Source: Macrostomum lignano (taxonomy: Eukaryota). Taken from it: 64,000 bases of DNA. The notes beneath the pieces are model-generated. The model had not been told where the DNA came from. It made no database searches and worked only from the letters and a program-made list of their open reading frames with translations. Positions 36,154 to 48,000 of the stretch are shown here, one piece after another (positions within the stretch are counted from its first letter, which is position 1; every line of letters begins with the position of its first letter). A program made the translations under genes and the position numbers. Where the stretch lies: contig NIVC01000195.1 in the NCBI GenBank assembly GCA_002269645.1, forward strand, positions 372,001 to 436,000, written 5' to 3'.

Positions 36154-39100
36154 ATGTTGATGGAGAGCGCTGAGCCGAGCACAGACCAGCTGGAGCCAAA
36201 GCAGCAGCCAGCTGTGTCAACTGCTGGCTATGCAGCAGTAAAGCCTGAGTATCTCCTGCCGCCTGCTCCAGCACCTGCCGCAGAGTCCCTAGCGAATGGC
36301 CAGCAGCAGCAAACGGAGCAGTCAAAATCCCGAAAGCGACGGCCCTACCTGCCTGATCGCCCGGCTGAGTGTCGGTCCTACTTCGCCGATGGCGTCTGCC
36401 ACTTTGGCGTCACCTGCCGGCTGTCGCACGACCTGCCCGCCTACCTGGCCACTCGGCCACCAGATCTGGGCCCCTCCTGCTTTGTCTTCGACACCACCGG
36501 CCGCTGCCCGAGCGGCGCTCTGTGCCGATTCGCTGGCGCTCACGTGGACGCCGACGGGCGCAACCTGGCCGATCCCGACAGGCAGCGCGCCTGGGCTGCG
36601 GCCGGCCAGTCAGAGCTGCATGGCCTGGACCGCGACTTACAGCTGGCCCTGCGCCGGGATGACTTCGACTTTGGCGAGGCGTACGCGGTGAGTTTCAGTG
36701 TTGAGTTGTCCCGTCTGTAGCCTTCAGTTAGCCTCCTCGGCTTGCTACAACGGGCTTTGTCTGTCCCAATGTTTCTGCAGGTGTTGCGACAGCACGGCGT
36801 TCAATGCAAAGGGCGATTCGCTGCCGCTGCTTTCAGGGCCGAGGCTAAGGCTGCTGAGTCATCGGCACCGGCAGCTGAGTCATCGGCACCGGCAGCTAAG
36901 TCCTCGGCACCGGCAGCTGAGTCATCGGCACCGTCAGCTGAGTCATCGGCACCGGCAGCTGAGTCCTCGGCACCGGCAGCTGAGTCCTCGGCACCGGCAG
37001 CTAAGTCCTCGGCACCGACAGCTGAGTCAACGGCGCCACTCCCCAGCGCCGCGAGCAATCCGCTTGGCTCTCTGGCCGAAGGGTCGCGCAAGCGCCGCCT
37101 GGACTTTCGCGGTAAGCTGCTACTGGCGCCCCTGACAACAGTTGGCAACCTGCCGTTCCGTCGAATCTGCGTCGACTTCGGCGCCGACGTGACCTGCGGC
37201 GAGATGGCGATGGCGTCCAACCTGCTGCAGGGCCGCAACGCCGAGTGGGCGCTGCTGCGCAGGCACCCCAGCGAGCGGTGCTTCGGGGCGCAGGTGAGCG
37301 AAGCTTCCAATATGAGACTGAGGAGTCACCTGGCTGTTTCTACTGAGTCTGACTGAGTAATATTTTTGTGACAGTCAGAGTTCCGTTGTTAAAATGGCAT
37401 TTTCCATCCCAGGTGTGCGGCTCCCACCCGGACCAGCTGGCCCGCCTCGCCCAGCTGTTGCGAGACCGGGCGCCCCACCTGGACTTCGTTGACCTGAACT
37501 GCGGCTGCCCCATCGATCTCGTGTACCAGCGCGGCATGGGCGCCGGGATGTTGACCCAGCCGAAGCGACTGGAGACCTCCGTGTCCTGCATGGCCGAGCT
37601 GCTCAACTGCCCGCTGACTGTCAAAGTGCGAACCGGGGTGCGGGAAGGCGTTAATGTGGCGCACGAGCTGCTGCCAAGGCTTCGGGCAGCCGGCGCCGCC
37701 GCTGTCACGATCCACGGCAGGTCGAGGGAGCAGCGCTACAGGAGGCTGGCCGACTGGGACTACATTGGCCGCTGCACGGCCGCTGCCAAGGCCGCCTTGC
37801 AAGGTGGGTTTGTTGGAGACGAGATCCCAGCATGCATTTGCTAAATGCAATGGGAAATCCCATGATACCCTCTCCAGTGTTGGGGAATGCGAAAGTCTGC
37901 CTTGTTGCTGACCTATGGAACCCAAAATACCACCTCTGCTGCTGGCTGCCGGCCAGTCAGTACAGGAGAATTCTAATTGGTAGGGTTTCCCATCTCTTCT
38001 ATCCAGTCAATGCAGGGGAATCTAATATGGTGGGGTTTCCCATCTCTTCTATCCAGTCAATGCAGGGGAATCTAATATGGTGGGGGTTCCCGTCTCTTCT
38101 ATCCAGTCAATGCAGGGGAATCTAATATGGTGGGGGTTCCCATCTCTTCTATCCAGTCAATGCAAGGGAATCTAATATGGTGGGGGTTCCCATCTCTTCT
38201 ATCCAGTCAATGCAGGGGAATCTAATATGGTGGGGGTTCCCATCTCTTCTATCCAGTCAATGCAGGGGAATCTAATATGGTGGGGGTTCCCATCTCTTCT
38301 ATCCAGTCAATGCAGGGGAATCTAATATGGTGGGGGTTCCCGTCTCTTCTATCCAGTCAATGCAAGGGAATCTAATATGGTGGGGGTTCCCGTCTCTTCT
38401 ATCCAGTCAATGCAGGGGAATCTAATATGATGGGGGTTCCAGTCAATGCAGGGGAATCTAATATGGTGGGGTTTCCCGTCTCTTCTATCCAGTCAATGCA
38501 GGGGAATCTAATATGATGGGGGTTCCAGTCAATGCAGGGGAATCTAATATGGTGGGGGTTCCCGTCTCTTCTATCCAGTCAATGCAGGGGAATCTAATAT
38601 GATGGGGGTTCCAGTCAATGCAGGGGAATCCAATATGGTAGGGTTTCCCATCTCTTCTATCCAGTCAGTGCAGGGGAATCCAATATGGTGGGGTTTCCCA
38701 TCTCTTCTATTCAGTCAGTGCAGGGGAATCCAATATGGTGGGGTTTCCCATCTCTTCTACCAATTCAGTGCAGGGGAATCCAATATGGTGGGGTTTCCCA
38801 TCTCTTCTATCCAGTCAGTGCAGGGGAATCCAATATGGTGGGGTTTCCCATCTCTTCTATCCAGTCAGTGCAGGGGAATCCAATATGGTGGGGTTTCCCA
38901 TCTCTTCTATCCAGTCAGTTCAGGGGAATCCAATATGGTGGGGTTTCCCATCTCTTCTACCAATTCAGTGCAGGGGAATCCAATATGGTGGGGTTTCCCA
39001 TCTCTTCTATCCAGTCAGTGCAGGGGAATCCAATATGGTGGGGTTTCCCATCTCTTCTATCCAGTCAGTGCAGGGGAATCCAATATGGTGGGGTTTCCCA

Positions 39101-40242
39101 TCTCTTCTACCAATTCAGTGCAGGGGAATCCAATATGGTGGGGTTTCCCATCTCTTCTATCCAGTCAGTGCAGGGGAATCCAATATGGTGGGGTTTCCCA
39201 TCTCTTCTATCCAGTCAGTGCAGGGGAATCCAATATGGTGGGGTTTCCCATCTCTTCTACCAATTCAGTGCAGGGGAATCCAATATGGTGGGGTTTCCCA
39301 TCTCTTCTATCCAGTCAGTGCAGGGGAATCCAATATGGTGGGGTTTCCCATCTCTTCTATCCAGTCAGTGCAGGGGAATCCAATATGGTGGGGTTTCCCA
39401 TCTCTTCTACCAATTCAGTGCAGGGGAATCCAATATGGTGGGGTTTCCCATCTCTTCTATCCAGTCAGTGCAGGGGAATCCAATATGGTGGGGTTTCCCA
39501 TCTCTTCTATCCAGTCAGTGCAGGGGAATCCAATATGGTGGGGTTCCCCGTGTGATTCTAGATTTGAATTTCGCAGCTAACTTAAGCTGTAAATTTACTT
39601 ATAGTTTAATAAATTACACTGTAGGATTATAGAACTGTGATATTGTAGTATAAAGTTAATTAACATAGACATCTCTGACGTACTGAAAGTAATATTAAAG
39701 AGTTTTGCGCTTAAAGCTTCAAACTCTTCTCGAACCCAGATGGCAGCGCCGTAGCCGACGACGACGACTTCTTTGTGATCGGCAACGGTGACGTGTTCAG
39801 CCCAGCGGACCTGGAGGCCGCCCTGGCCACCGGGGTCGACGCCGTGATGGTCGCCAGAGGCGCCCTAGTCAAGCCCTGGCTGTTCACCGAGCTGCGCGAC
39901 GGCCGGCTATGGGACATCAGCAGCTCGGAGAGGATGGACCTGCTTCGCCGGTACGTCAACTACGGCCTGCTGCACTGGGGCAGCGACGCCAAGGGGGTGG
40001 AGACGGTGCGCCGCTTCTTCCTGGAGTGGCAGTCCTTCCTGTGCCGCTACGTGCCCCTGGGCCTGCTGGAGCGGCCACCGCAGCGCAGCAACGAGCGGCC
40101 GCCGGCCTATTTCGGACGGGACGATCTCGAGACCCTCATGGCCAGCCAGCGCAGCGAGGACTGGGTCCGCCTGTCCGCCATGCTGCTGGGCCCGCCGCCT
40201 CCTGGTTTCACTTTCACGCCAAAGCACAAGGCCAGCGGTTGA
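36154..40242 (+). CDS. DUS3L: tRNA-dihydrouridine(47) synthase DUS3L; exons ~36154-36687, 36781-37293, 37413-37803, 39740-40242
   Basis: Two CCCH fingers; [85 protein letters not shown]; phases 0,0,1 consistent; start may be 36130 or 36160. Confidence 0.95.
36850..37038 (+). repeat. Coding minisatellite, 21 bp x9, encoding (AAESSAP)n in the DUS3L linker
   Basis: In-frame units from 36850 within exon 2. Confidence 0.88.
37975..39548. repeat. Intronic minisatellite, 50/51-bp unit (CCAGTCAGTGCAGGGGAATCCAATATGGTGGGGTTTCCCATCTCTTCTAT), ~31 copies, DUS3L intron 3
   Basis: TCTCTTCTAT recurs at 38801, 38851 etc. Confidence 0.96.
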
Positions 40243-40617
40243 ACTTTTGAGCGCAAAACTGTGCATTTGAATAAATTTTACTGTTTGGAGACCGGAATTA
40301 GCAATTTGATATGATTTCACAAAATTGGAATTGCTCCAGCTGTTTAAATTCGATTTCCGGTTTATTATCATGCAAGGTGTTGGATAATTGAGTTCACCAT
40401 TTCAGCTTTTAAGGCTTCATTAAACTAATCAACGGCTTACTGAATTCTGTCTGCGTATAAACAGAATTTCAATTTTATTGCTGCATTCTGTATTTTATTT
40501 GAATTGAATAAATCACCTTTTGCCTCCGGGAGTTGTGAACTTTTGGTTTTGGCGTTTGTTTCTGATTTTATTGAAACACGAGTTCCTTCACGCGGCTGCT
40601 GTGACTCTACAGTCTTT

Positions 40618-40737
40618 CGGTGAGAGCCGCTGTTCCCTCAGGTCCATTGGTCAGAGTTGCTGTCCCCTCAGGTCCATTGGTCAGAGTTGCTGTCCCCTCA
40701 GGTACATTGGTCAGAGCGCTGTGTCTCCAGGTCCATC
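40618..40737. repeat. Minisatellite, 30 bp x4, between DUS3L and eIF3g
   Basis: GGTCAGAGTTGCTGTCCCCTCAGGTCCATT at 40649 and 40679 plus degenerate flanking units. Confidence 0.85.
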
Positions 40738-40837
40738 CCCTTGAGTCTTTGGAATTCTACAGCAGTTTTGATTAGCCAGCTCTGCTCATCGCAAAGCTTC
40801 CATTTTTCTGGCAGCTGAGACTTGCCGGCAGCTCACA

Positions 40838-41944
40838 ATGTCTGACTGGGCCAAAGAGATGGAGGAGGCTGAGCAGCTTGAATACCAGCTGCCGCCGCCG
40901 GTCATGGAGTACAACAAGGACAAGTCGATCAAGCGAGAGATCAGCGCGATGAGAACGGCAATCTGTTTAAGGTTAGCTTGAGCTTACCGTTTAATTAGGT
41001 TGTTCCTATTCCTAGTCCCTAGTTTGTAAAATGCTCGAATCTCAAAAACAATCCCACCACCCCTCTTAATCGCTAATCTCCAGGTGAGCTCCGAGCTGCA
41101 GGTGGAGGTTCGCAAGCTCAGCAAGAGCATCGCCCGCCGCAAAGAGTGGAAGAAATTTGGCGCCGCCGAGTCGAACGGCCCCGGCCCGAACTCGGCCAAC
41201 ACCTACCCGGCGGAGGAGGTCTTCCTGCAGTTCGTCAGCGGCCGGCCAGGGGACGAGGCCGAGAAGCAGGCGGACGAGCTGGTCAGCAAGATGCCCAAAA
41301 ACATCGCCACCTGTCGCATCTGCAGGGGACCGCACTTCACTACCAGGTGTCCGTTCAAGGACTGCCAGGATTCACTGGATGTGGACGCGCAGGTAATTGA
41401 TTAATGTACAAACCTCTTGGCCTGGTAAAAGTACATTTAAGTCTGACGGGATTGCTAAGTGCTCCCAATGCAAACAGCCAACCCTCCCTGCGCCGCCCAG
41501 GCCATGCCGATTGCGGACACTCCAAACGCTTCTGCCGCTAGTGCGGCAGCTGCCAACGGCGGCGTGGGCAGCTCCAACGCTGGCATCCCGATGGTTAAGG
41601 AGGCCGGTGGGAAGTACGTCCCACCTGGCCTGCGACAGGCAGCGGCCTCTGGCGTCGGCAGCCCAGTCGGCGCGGACAAGCGGCGGGATGATCAGCCAAC
41701 CATCCGGGTGACGAACCTACCAGAAGACACCACCGAGGAGGACCTGGGCCATCTGTTCAACCCGTTTGGCAAAATCCAGCGGATCTTCCTGGCCAAGGAC
41801 AAACAGACCATGGCCAGCAAGGGATTCGCCTTCATCACCTACCAGCGGAAGGAGGACGCCCAGAAGGCTATTGTTGGGGTCTCCGAATTCGGCTATGGCC
41901 ATCTCATCCTCAAGGTGGATTGGGCCAAGCCCTCTAACGATTGA
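40838..41944 (+). CDS. EIF3G: Translation initiation factor 3 subunit G; exons 40838-40971, 41084-41392, 41501-41944; apparent frameshift in exon 1 near 40945
   Basis: MSDWA..., LPPP, SKSIARRKEWKKFG...PGPNSANT, zinc knuckle CRICRGPHFTTRCPF, GKYVPPGLR, RRM (TIRVTNLPEDT...SKGFAFITY...GYGHLILKVDWAKP). Confidence 0.93.
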
Positions 41945-43453
41945 TGCGGACATTTAATTCTGTTCGTTAATCTATTGTCAGCTGAAACCAGAAACACTGC
42001 TACTTGCAGTAGGCAGTATTGCTTGTCAGCGTTCGCTTCTTTTTTGAACATGCTTAAAAGCTTTATTAATTCGTATCATTCGTTCGCAGAGTTGAAATTT
42101 TAAGTAAGAATTTAACTGCTATCGGAAGCCCTCGGCAGCCGCAAAGAAGTGGATTATTATTTAGAACATTGATTGAATTGCCAATCGAAATGCAATTGTA
42201 GAAATATACATTTTCAATCGATGAGTACAATTATTTAATCATGTTGTAGCTGGCAATGCTTGTTGTGGTGACAGTCGACGCAAAAAAACAGCATCTTTAA
42301 ATATTTTTCAGTATTTTTTATAAAAGTTAACGCAGGTTATTTGGAGCAAAATGCTTCATTCTAGCCTCATTAAACCCGCACAGAACGGTGGTTTGTCCTC
42401 AGATATGGCCTTATGCTGTTATCAAATAACTCAACAAGCAAACAATCCAATAACTAACAAACCAATCAGTCAAGGCATTTTTATCTGCAAAATCAGCACG
42501 AAGATGTTCTTGCTTGCGTTTCTCGCAACAGTATGACTTTCAAGTTTATTCGTTTAATTTAAAAAATATTTTTTTCCATGGCAACGAACTGCATTTGAAC
42601 TTGTTGCAAACAACTTTGCTAAAAGAGAAACCGTGAACGGAGCTGACTGAAAGCAATTAAATAAAATGTTGGTTAATATAATCAGTTCGAGCGCACAGTA
42701 CTCGATCAAATTAAAGTTTGGATTGTTATTTATCATCAGTAGTCGTAAGGATTACAGTACAAAATATATTGGATTAGTTGCAGCACAGTTCGGATTAACA
42801 GTCAGATTAAGTGTCATTTTGGACGTCGATTCAATAGGCATTGTGTTGCGCTAACATAACTGTAATTCAATTCACTGGGCCGTCATTAATAATTCACTAT
42901 TAGCGAGTGAGGTGCGTACTGAGTCAAAGCAAGCCACGCGAGCCCCATGCAGCAGCCCATAGCAACGGACTTGATTACCTGGGATTCCAAGGCTTCGGGA
43001 TATTAGTCAAGGTAAAACTGACTACAGATAAAATTCAGCCCTAAATGATGCCTCAAATGCTATTCTATTGTGACAGCCCCATTGGATCAATCGGTGATTG
43101 GCCAGACGAGTTTTAAGCAATACGCGTGAGTATTTCTGTTGCTATAGGTTGCTGCTGCTGGAGAGGCGGGACGAACTATCAATAATTAGACAAAATTTGG
43201 GCTAATAAATAACAAGTTAACAGGCGACTCCAGCTTTTAAGTAATATATTTGATTCAGACACAAAAAGAAGAGACATGTCACATGACATGCAGGAGTATT
43301 ACTTTATACGTCCTATAATTCGTTTTCAAGTATAAAGAAAAATTTAATTAAAAAGAAATTAATCCGCTTGAAAAGCAGTCATTCTTCATTCCATTTTGAT
43401 AACGCATGCAGACGCTTTAACATTAGATTCCTACCTGTGCAGAGGGCTGCGGC

Positions 43454-45071
43454 TCATACTCCATCGCCGGTGGGCCCGAGGTCTGCACCACCGCCGTTCC
43501 CGCTGATGTTGGCGGCCGTCATCGAGCTGTCACTCATCTTGTCGCTGCCAATGAACGACAGCAGCGAATCATCGAAGTGAAACGTGGAGCTAAAGGCCAG
43601 GCTGAGGCCACTGATGTCAGCTTCGATGTCTGAAAGAAGCCATGAAGAATGTTGGAGGTTAATTTCTTAAGATTTTGCTGATAATGTGCATCATGTTTTA
43701 AAAAAATAAACAAGTTTGTATTCCGACTCTAATTATATTTCAATGTACTCAGGGCGCCACCCACTTTCAATTTATGACTCATGCATCATTCGAACTTTAG
43801 AATTCACTCGTACATGTATGTGGATTATTAGACTTTTAGTCATTTACACTCGTATCTCACTGGCGATTGCAGGTAACAATAATAATAATAACAATAATAA
43901 GTGTATGATTATAATATTTAACCTTTAAATATTTCAAATCCAATAAAAATCACAGCTTACTGTTAAAGAGGCTGTTTTTGGTCTGCTTCTGCGGTTCAGA
44001 TTCCTCCAGCTCGGCGAAAGTCCTTGGAGAGCCAACTGACCACACGGAGTGAATGTTCACCCGAGCCAAAAAGCCCATCGGATCTTCAAGGCTTAGCAAC
44101 CATCGTACATCAAAGAGTGCCGCAAAGTTGGCCTCGTGTGTCTCCAGAACGATCCGGCCGCAGTTGGAGCCGGAGCCAATGCGAACTCCGTAGAGTCTTT
44201 GCACTTTGGCTAGAACCTGAGCGTTGGTAATGTTGCAGCTCAGAGTCAGAGAATTCGGTAGAACCAGACTCAATGGAAGTGCTTGAATCAGCCGCTGTTT
44301 GACTTCTAGTACGCGAGTTGCATCCTGTCCTTGAAGGCTAATAATTTCTCCGTTGTGAAACTGCAGCATCACTCCGACCGTGCACAAGAAGCTAGCAAAA
44401 GCAGCCTCGGGAACCGTATCGCTGGGCAAATTGAAATCCTTAATCACTTGAGTACTGGCCACAAGAATGAGGTCCCGCCAGTGCACGTTAGGCAGGCACA
44501 ATGTATTGTAGACTGCGGATGAAAAAACTTTCTGCACTTCAGTGGTAACTTGAATTACTTCAGATGATTGTCTCATGGTTCCGCGCACTGCGATTATTGT
44601 GTAGTCAGAATGCTGCTGACTTGACAACAAGATCTTTTGGCTGAGAGCCTGTTGAGAAAGCATGCACATTTTCTGGACTTTAGAGTAATCCAGACGCCAG
44701 GTTGTACTCGGCACAAAGAGACGGTAGATAAGAAGCTGATTTTGTCGAATGAGCTTGCGGCAAGTAAAAAACTGGTGCACCAGTTGCTCCTCGCTGGCCC
44801 ATGGCTCGGTCTTCATTAAAGCATCAGCGGGGTATAGAAGTACTTCGTCTTCAGTTCGCGAACCCGTTTTGTGCAACTCTGGAGATGCTACTCGCTCAGG
44901 AAAGTGAACGCGAGTATTGGTTCTCGTTTGCAGAAGCTTGTGCGATTGGCCACCCTTCCCAATCAGATGGCTGTGGTCATCGGCTGCTACGCTAATGCGA
45001 AGTGTTGGGCCTCGTTTCATTTTTAGTTCGTTATCGGATTTACGCGATGATATAATGGTATGAATTGGCAT
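43454..45071 (-). CDS. KH-domain RNA-binding protein, Bicaudal-C/GLD-3-like, no SAM domain; exons 45071-43961, 43629-43454
   Basis: LRISVAADDHSHLIGKGG...TNTRVHFPE resembles BicC KH1; later segments look like degenerate KH-like folds; phase-1 intron with GTAAGC donor and TTTCAG acceptor. Confidence 0.65.
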
Positions 45072-48000
45072 AAATTGGATTCTGCTGGTGCCGGCTCCAG
45101 TCTCAGCCTCGCGAAGCGTCTGATTTTAAGTAGTGATATCACGCCCTTTTTCCATTCAAGCCATTGGTCGCCTTTGATTGGCTGGGAAACATTAGAATGA
45201 GGTTGGCAAACTTCAAAAGTTTAGTTGGCTAGAAGATTTCTGATTGGTCGAGATCCGAGGGACCCACTGGGAGAATTTACGAGCTAATTCAGCCTCAATC
45301 CCTGACCCCTGGGTGGCAATACCAACAGCCTGTAAACAAACTCAAGATTTTTCGAGAGTTGTTAAGATTTTTAAGCAATATTACGAGCTATTGCATTACA
45401 TTTTGTTCTTTTAGATTATAATACCATTACATTACATATTAAAACACTGAATTCGAACCGAAAATTGCGAGATGTAGCTTGAATTAAAAAAAAACTATGA
45501 GTTGAATGAGTTTGGTGTTGCTTTACCCATCCCATCGGTGGATCTTTTTCATATTTTAATTTTAAAAAGATACAGTAAAAATATGTTCATTTTACAAGAC
45601 GCTTACAGTTGGGGGGACACACGCTTGGAGCCCCATTCATCCCATTGAACTAATTTTACTTAAATGAGTTAGCTTTCAGACATGCAGCTTTTAAGACAGA
45701 AATTTCTTTCTGTGCTTTAGAGTCAGCAGTTAGTGAATGACCAAAATACCATACAAACCTTTGGCTCTGACTGCTGTTTGCCAACTTTGCCTATATGTCT
45801 TGTTAAATATATGTATCTGTATCAGGTAGGCAACAACAAGTAACAGAGCTCTTCTTTGAATATAGTTTCTGATGAAAACTAGTAGTAAAAGTGAAGTGCT
45901 TCAGCTGATTTTTTCGAATCTATTTAATGGCTTCATATTCGCATACCCTTCGTAATTTTGTTCGACAGCTATTCTAATTTTAACCATGGAAATCTGCAGA
46001 TAAGAACCTGCAGATAAGATAATGTTTGAGATAACTAATTTGATTCATTTACGTTATAATTGGCCTTTAGGTGCAATCAAATCCATTAAAGGCTAAAGAG
46101 CTGAAAATGTGCCTCAATAAGGTCATAGAATTACCATCGCTTTAATTCGGCGCAATAAAGGGATTAGTAAGTTCAACTAAGTTGATTAAAAGTTATCAGG
46201 CTAGTATGGCTTTAATTTCACACCCGGCGGCTCCATTTTAATTACATAAGAGCAATTCTCGCAGTCGCAGACGCCCTAAATTGGGTCATTAAACTTGCAC
46301 GAGCGCTAACGCACTTATTTGGGGTGGGGCCAGGCAATAGCGGGTGTGAGAAAACTCCGCCTTTTCATTGGTCAAGGCTTTAAAACTCGGGTGAATTACT
46401 TGATTTGTTGACCTCCTGGACAAGAACAAGATAAACCAGACTGCAGTCATTAAACCGAACCAAAATGGTTAAAGAGTCCCCCCCCTCTCATCGGGTCTGG
46501 TGAACTTTTAAACGTCTTGTTTTTAACAAGCAAGGCTGCGCGGCTCCCTGGATAAGTCAATTCAACACAGCGAGCCGGCCAATGGGGTGGAGTTTTGAAT
46601 TGGGATAGCTAAATTAATTTAATTGTTATTCAACCAAACAAATTAATTGCAAATGCATTTCTATTGGCCTAATTAGCTTTCTTGTAACAGAGTTAGTGCT
46701 GTTCTGATTAAGTTGTAAAAACACGAGTCCCGGGAAAATCGAGAGTAAATTAGAGGCTAGACGAAGGGGGAAATAAGAATAGCTTAAAAACTTGACGTCT
46801 AAGCCGTTCAGGTCAGTCTCACTCGGTCTCACAGTATCTGGGCTCGGTCTCAAGAAAATAATGAAAAAGGATAAAATTCCAACAGTTCTAATTCTAAGCA
46901 ATCGAATACAGATGGCTTTTAGAGAGTCAAGTCTGTCAAGACATATTTAGTTTAATGCAGTTTTGCTGTAATGGTAACCAGTGGTCTGCGCTGACTAAGC
47001 TTTGTACGAGCTATAACGCTCTATTTTATATACCAATTATATAAAATAGAACAGAGTAACATGCTGTGCGTGCATGCTACATTAATAGAATGGTAATCTT
47101 CACTGCCCCACGTCAAATGCATCCATTGATTTTGTGATTAAAAAAAGATTTTTACTATCCCCATAGTGTATTATTACAGGAAATTGGCCTCCAAAAAAAT
47201 TACACGATCTTTGAGTTTTACGTCCTGTACAATGGTACTTGGGCTGACCAGGGAAAATGCGATATCCGCCACTGATGTTTTGCGTCACTGTTATTTCATT
47301 TTCTGTATCAAAGTGCTGTACTCAGACACTGGGCAGGCAGATTTTTTAAACTTTGGAGCGCATTTCATTAAAAAAACACATTATAGCTAAAATGCTCTCA
47401 ATTTTCAAATCTGTATAACTGTAAGTCTGTAAGTCTGTCAAGCCAAAGCGTTGCTTTTTGTTCAGAACAAACATATGAGCGTATTGAGAATATTGTTAAT
47501 AAAAGAGCGGTTGGTGCTGTGTGGCTCGGTCTCAGACTCTCAGCCTCAGCTACTGGTTTATTTTATTTAGCTCTTGGCACAGTAAAATAACAGTGTTATT
47601 ATATAAGTATCTTTGGCCTCTATTGGATTATTCTAACTGCTTTACGAATTTGGTGTTTCGCTGACCCTAAGTTCCTAGCAGGGGCAGATCCAGAAATTTT
47701 TTGAGGAGGGGGGCAAGCTATCTAAGCACTACCTACAACCCAGTATTGGAACATCGCAATGGAATCGCAAAACACTAAACTATTTTGCCTAATGGCAGCT
47801 TTAAGCTGTGCGTGGGTGGAAATTGGGTAGAGTATATGTACGCTCGTAATACACAGCCAAACGATGGTTGAGCAGAACCATCGTACAATCGTACTTATAC
47901 GTAGTAAGCTGCTTCTGATGGGCTTTCTGTAAAAAAATTCAACGTTGTTTGAATTCTAATAGTTAGACAGCAATGGATATTAAGATCGGAACGGAATGCT

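Noticed and set aside
43368-43580. 70-aa plus-strand ORF
   Set aside because: Antisense to the last exon of the KH-domain gene
47857-47885. Perfect 9-bp hairpin ACGATGGTT/AACCATCGT as a Helitron 3' end or terminator
   Set aside because: No properly spaced CTRR end, no matching 5' TC end or second copy; intrinsic terminators do not apply here
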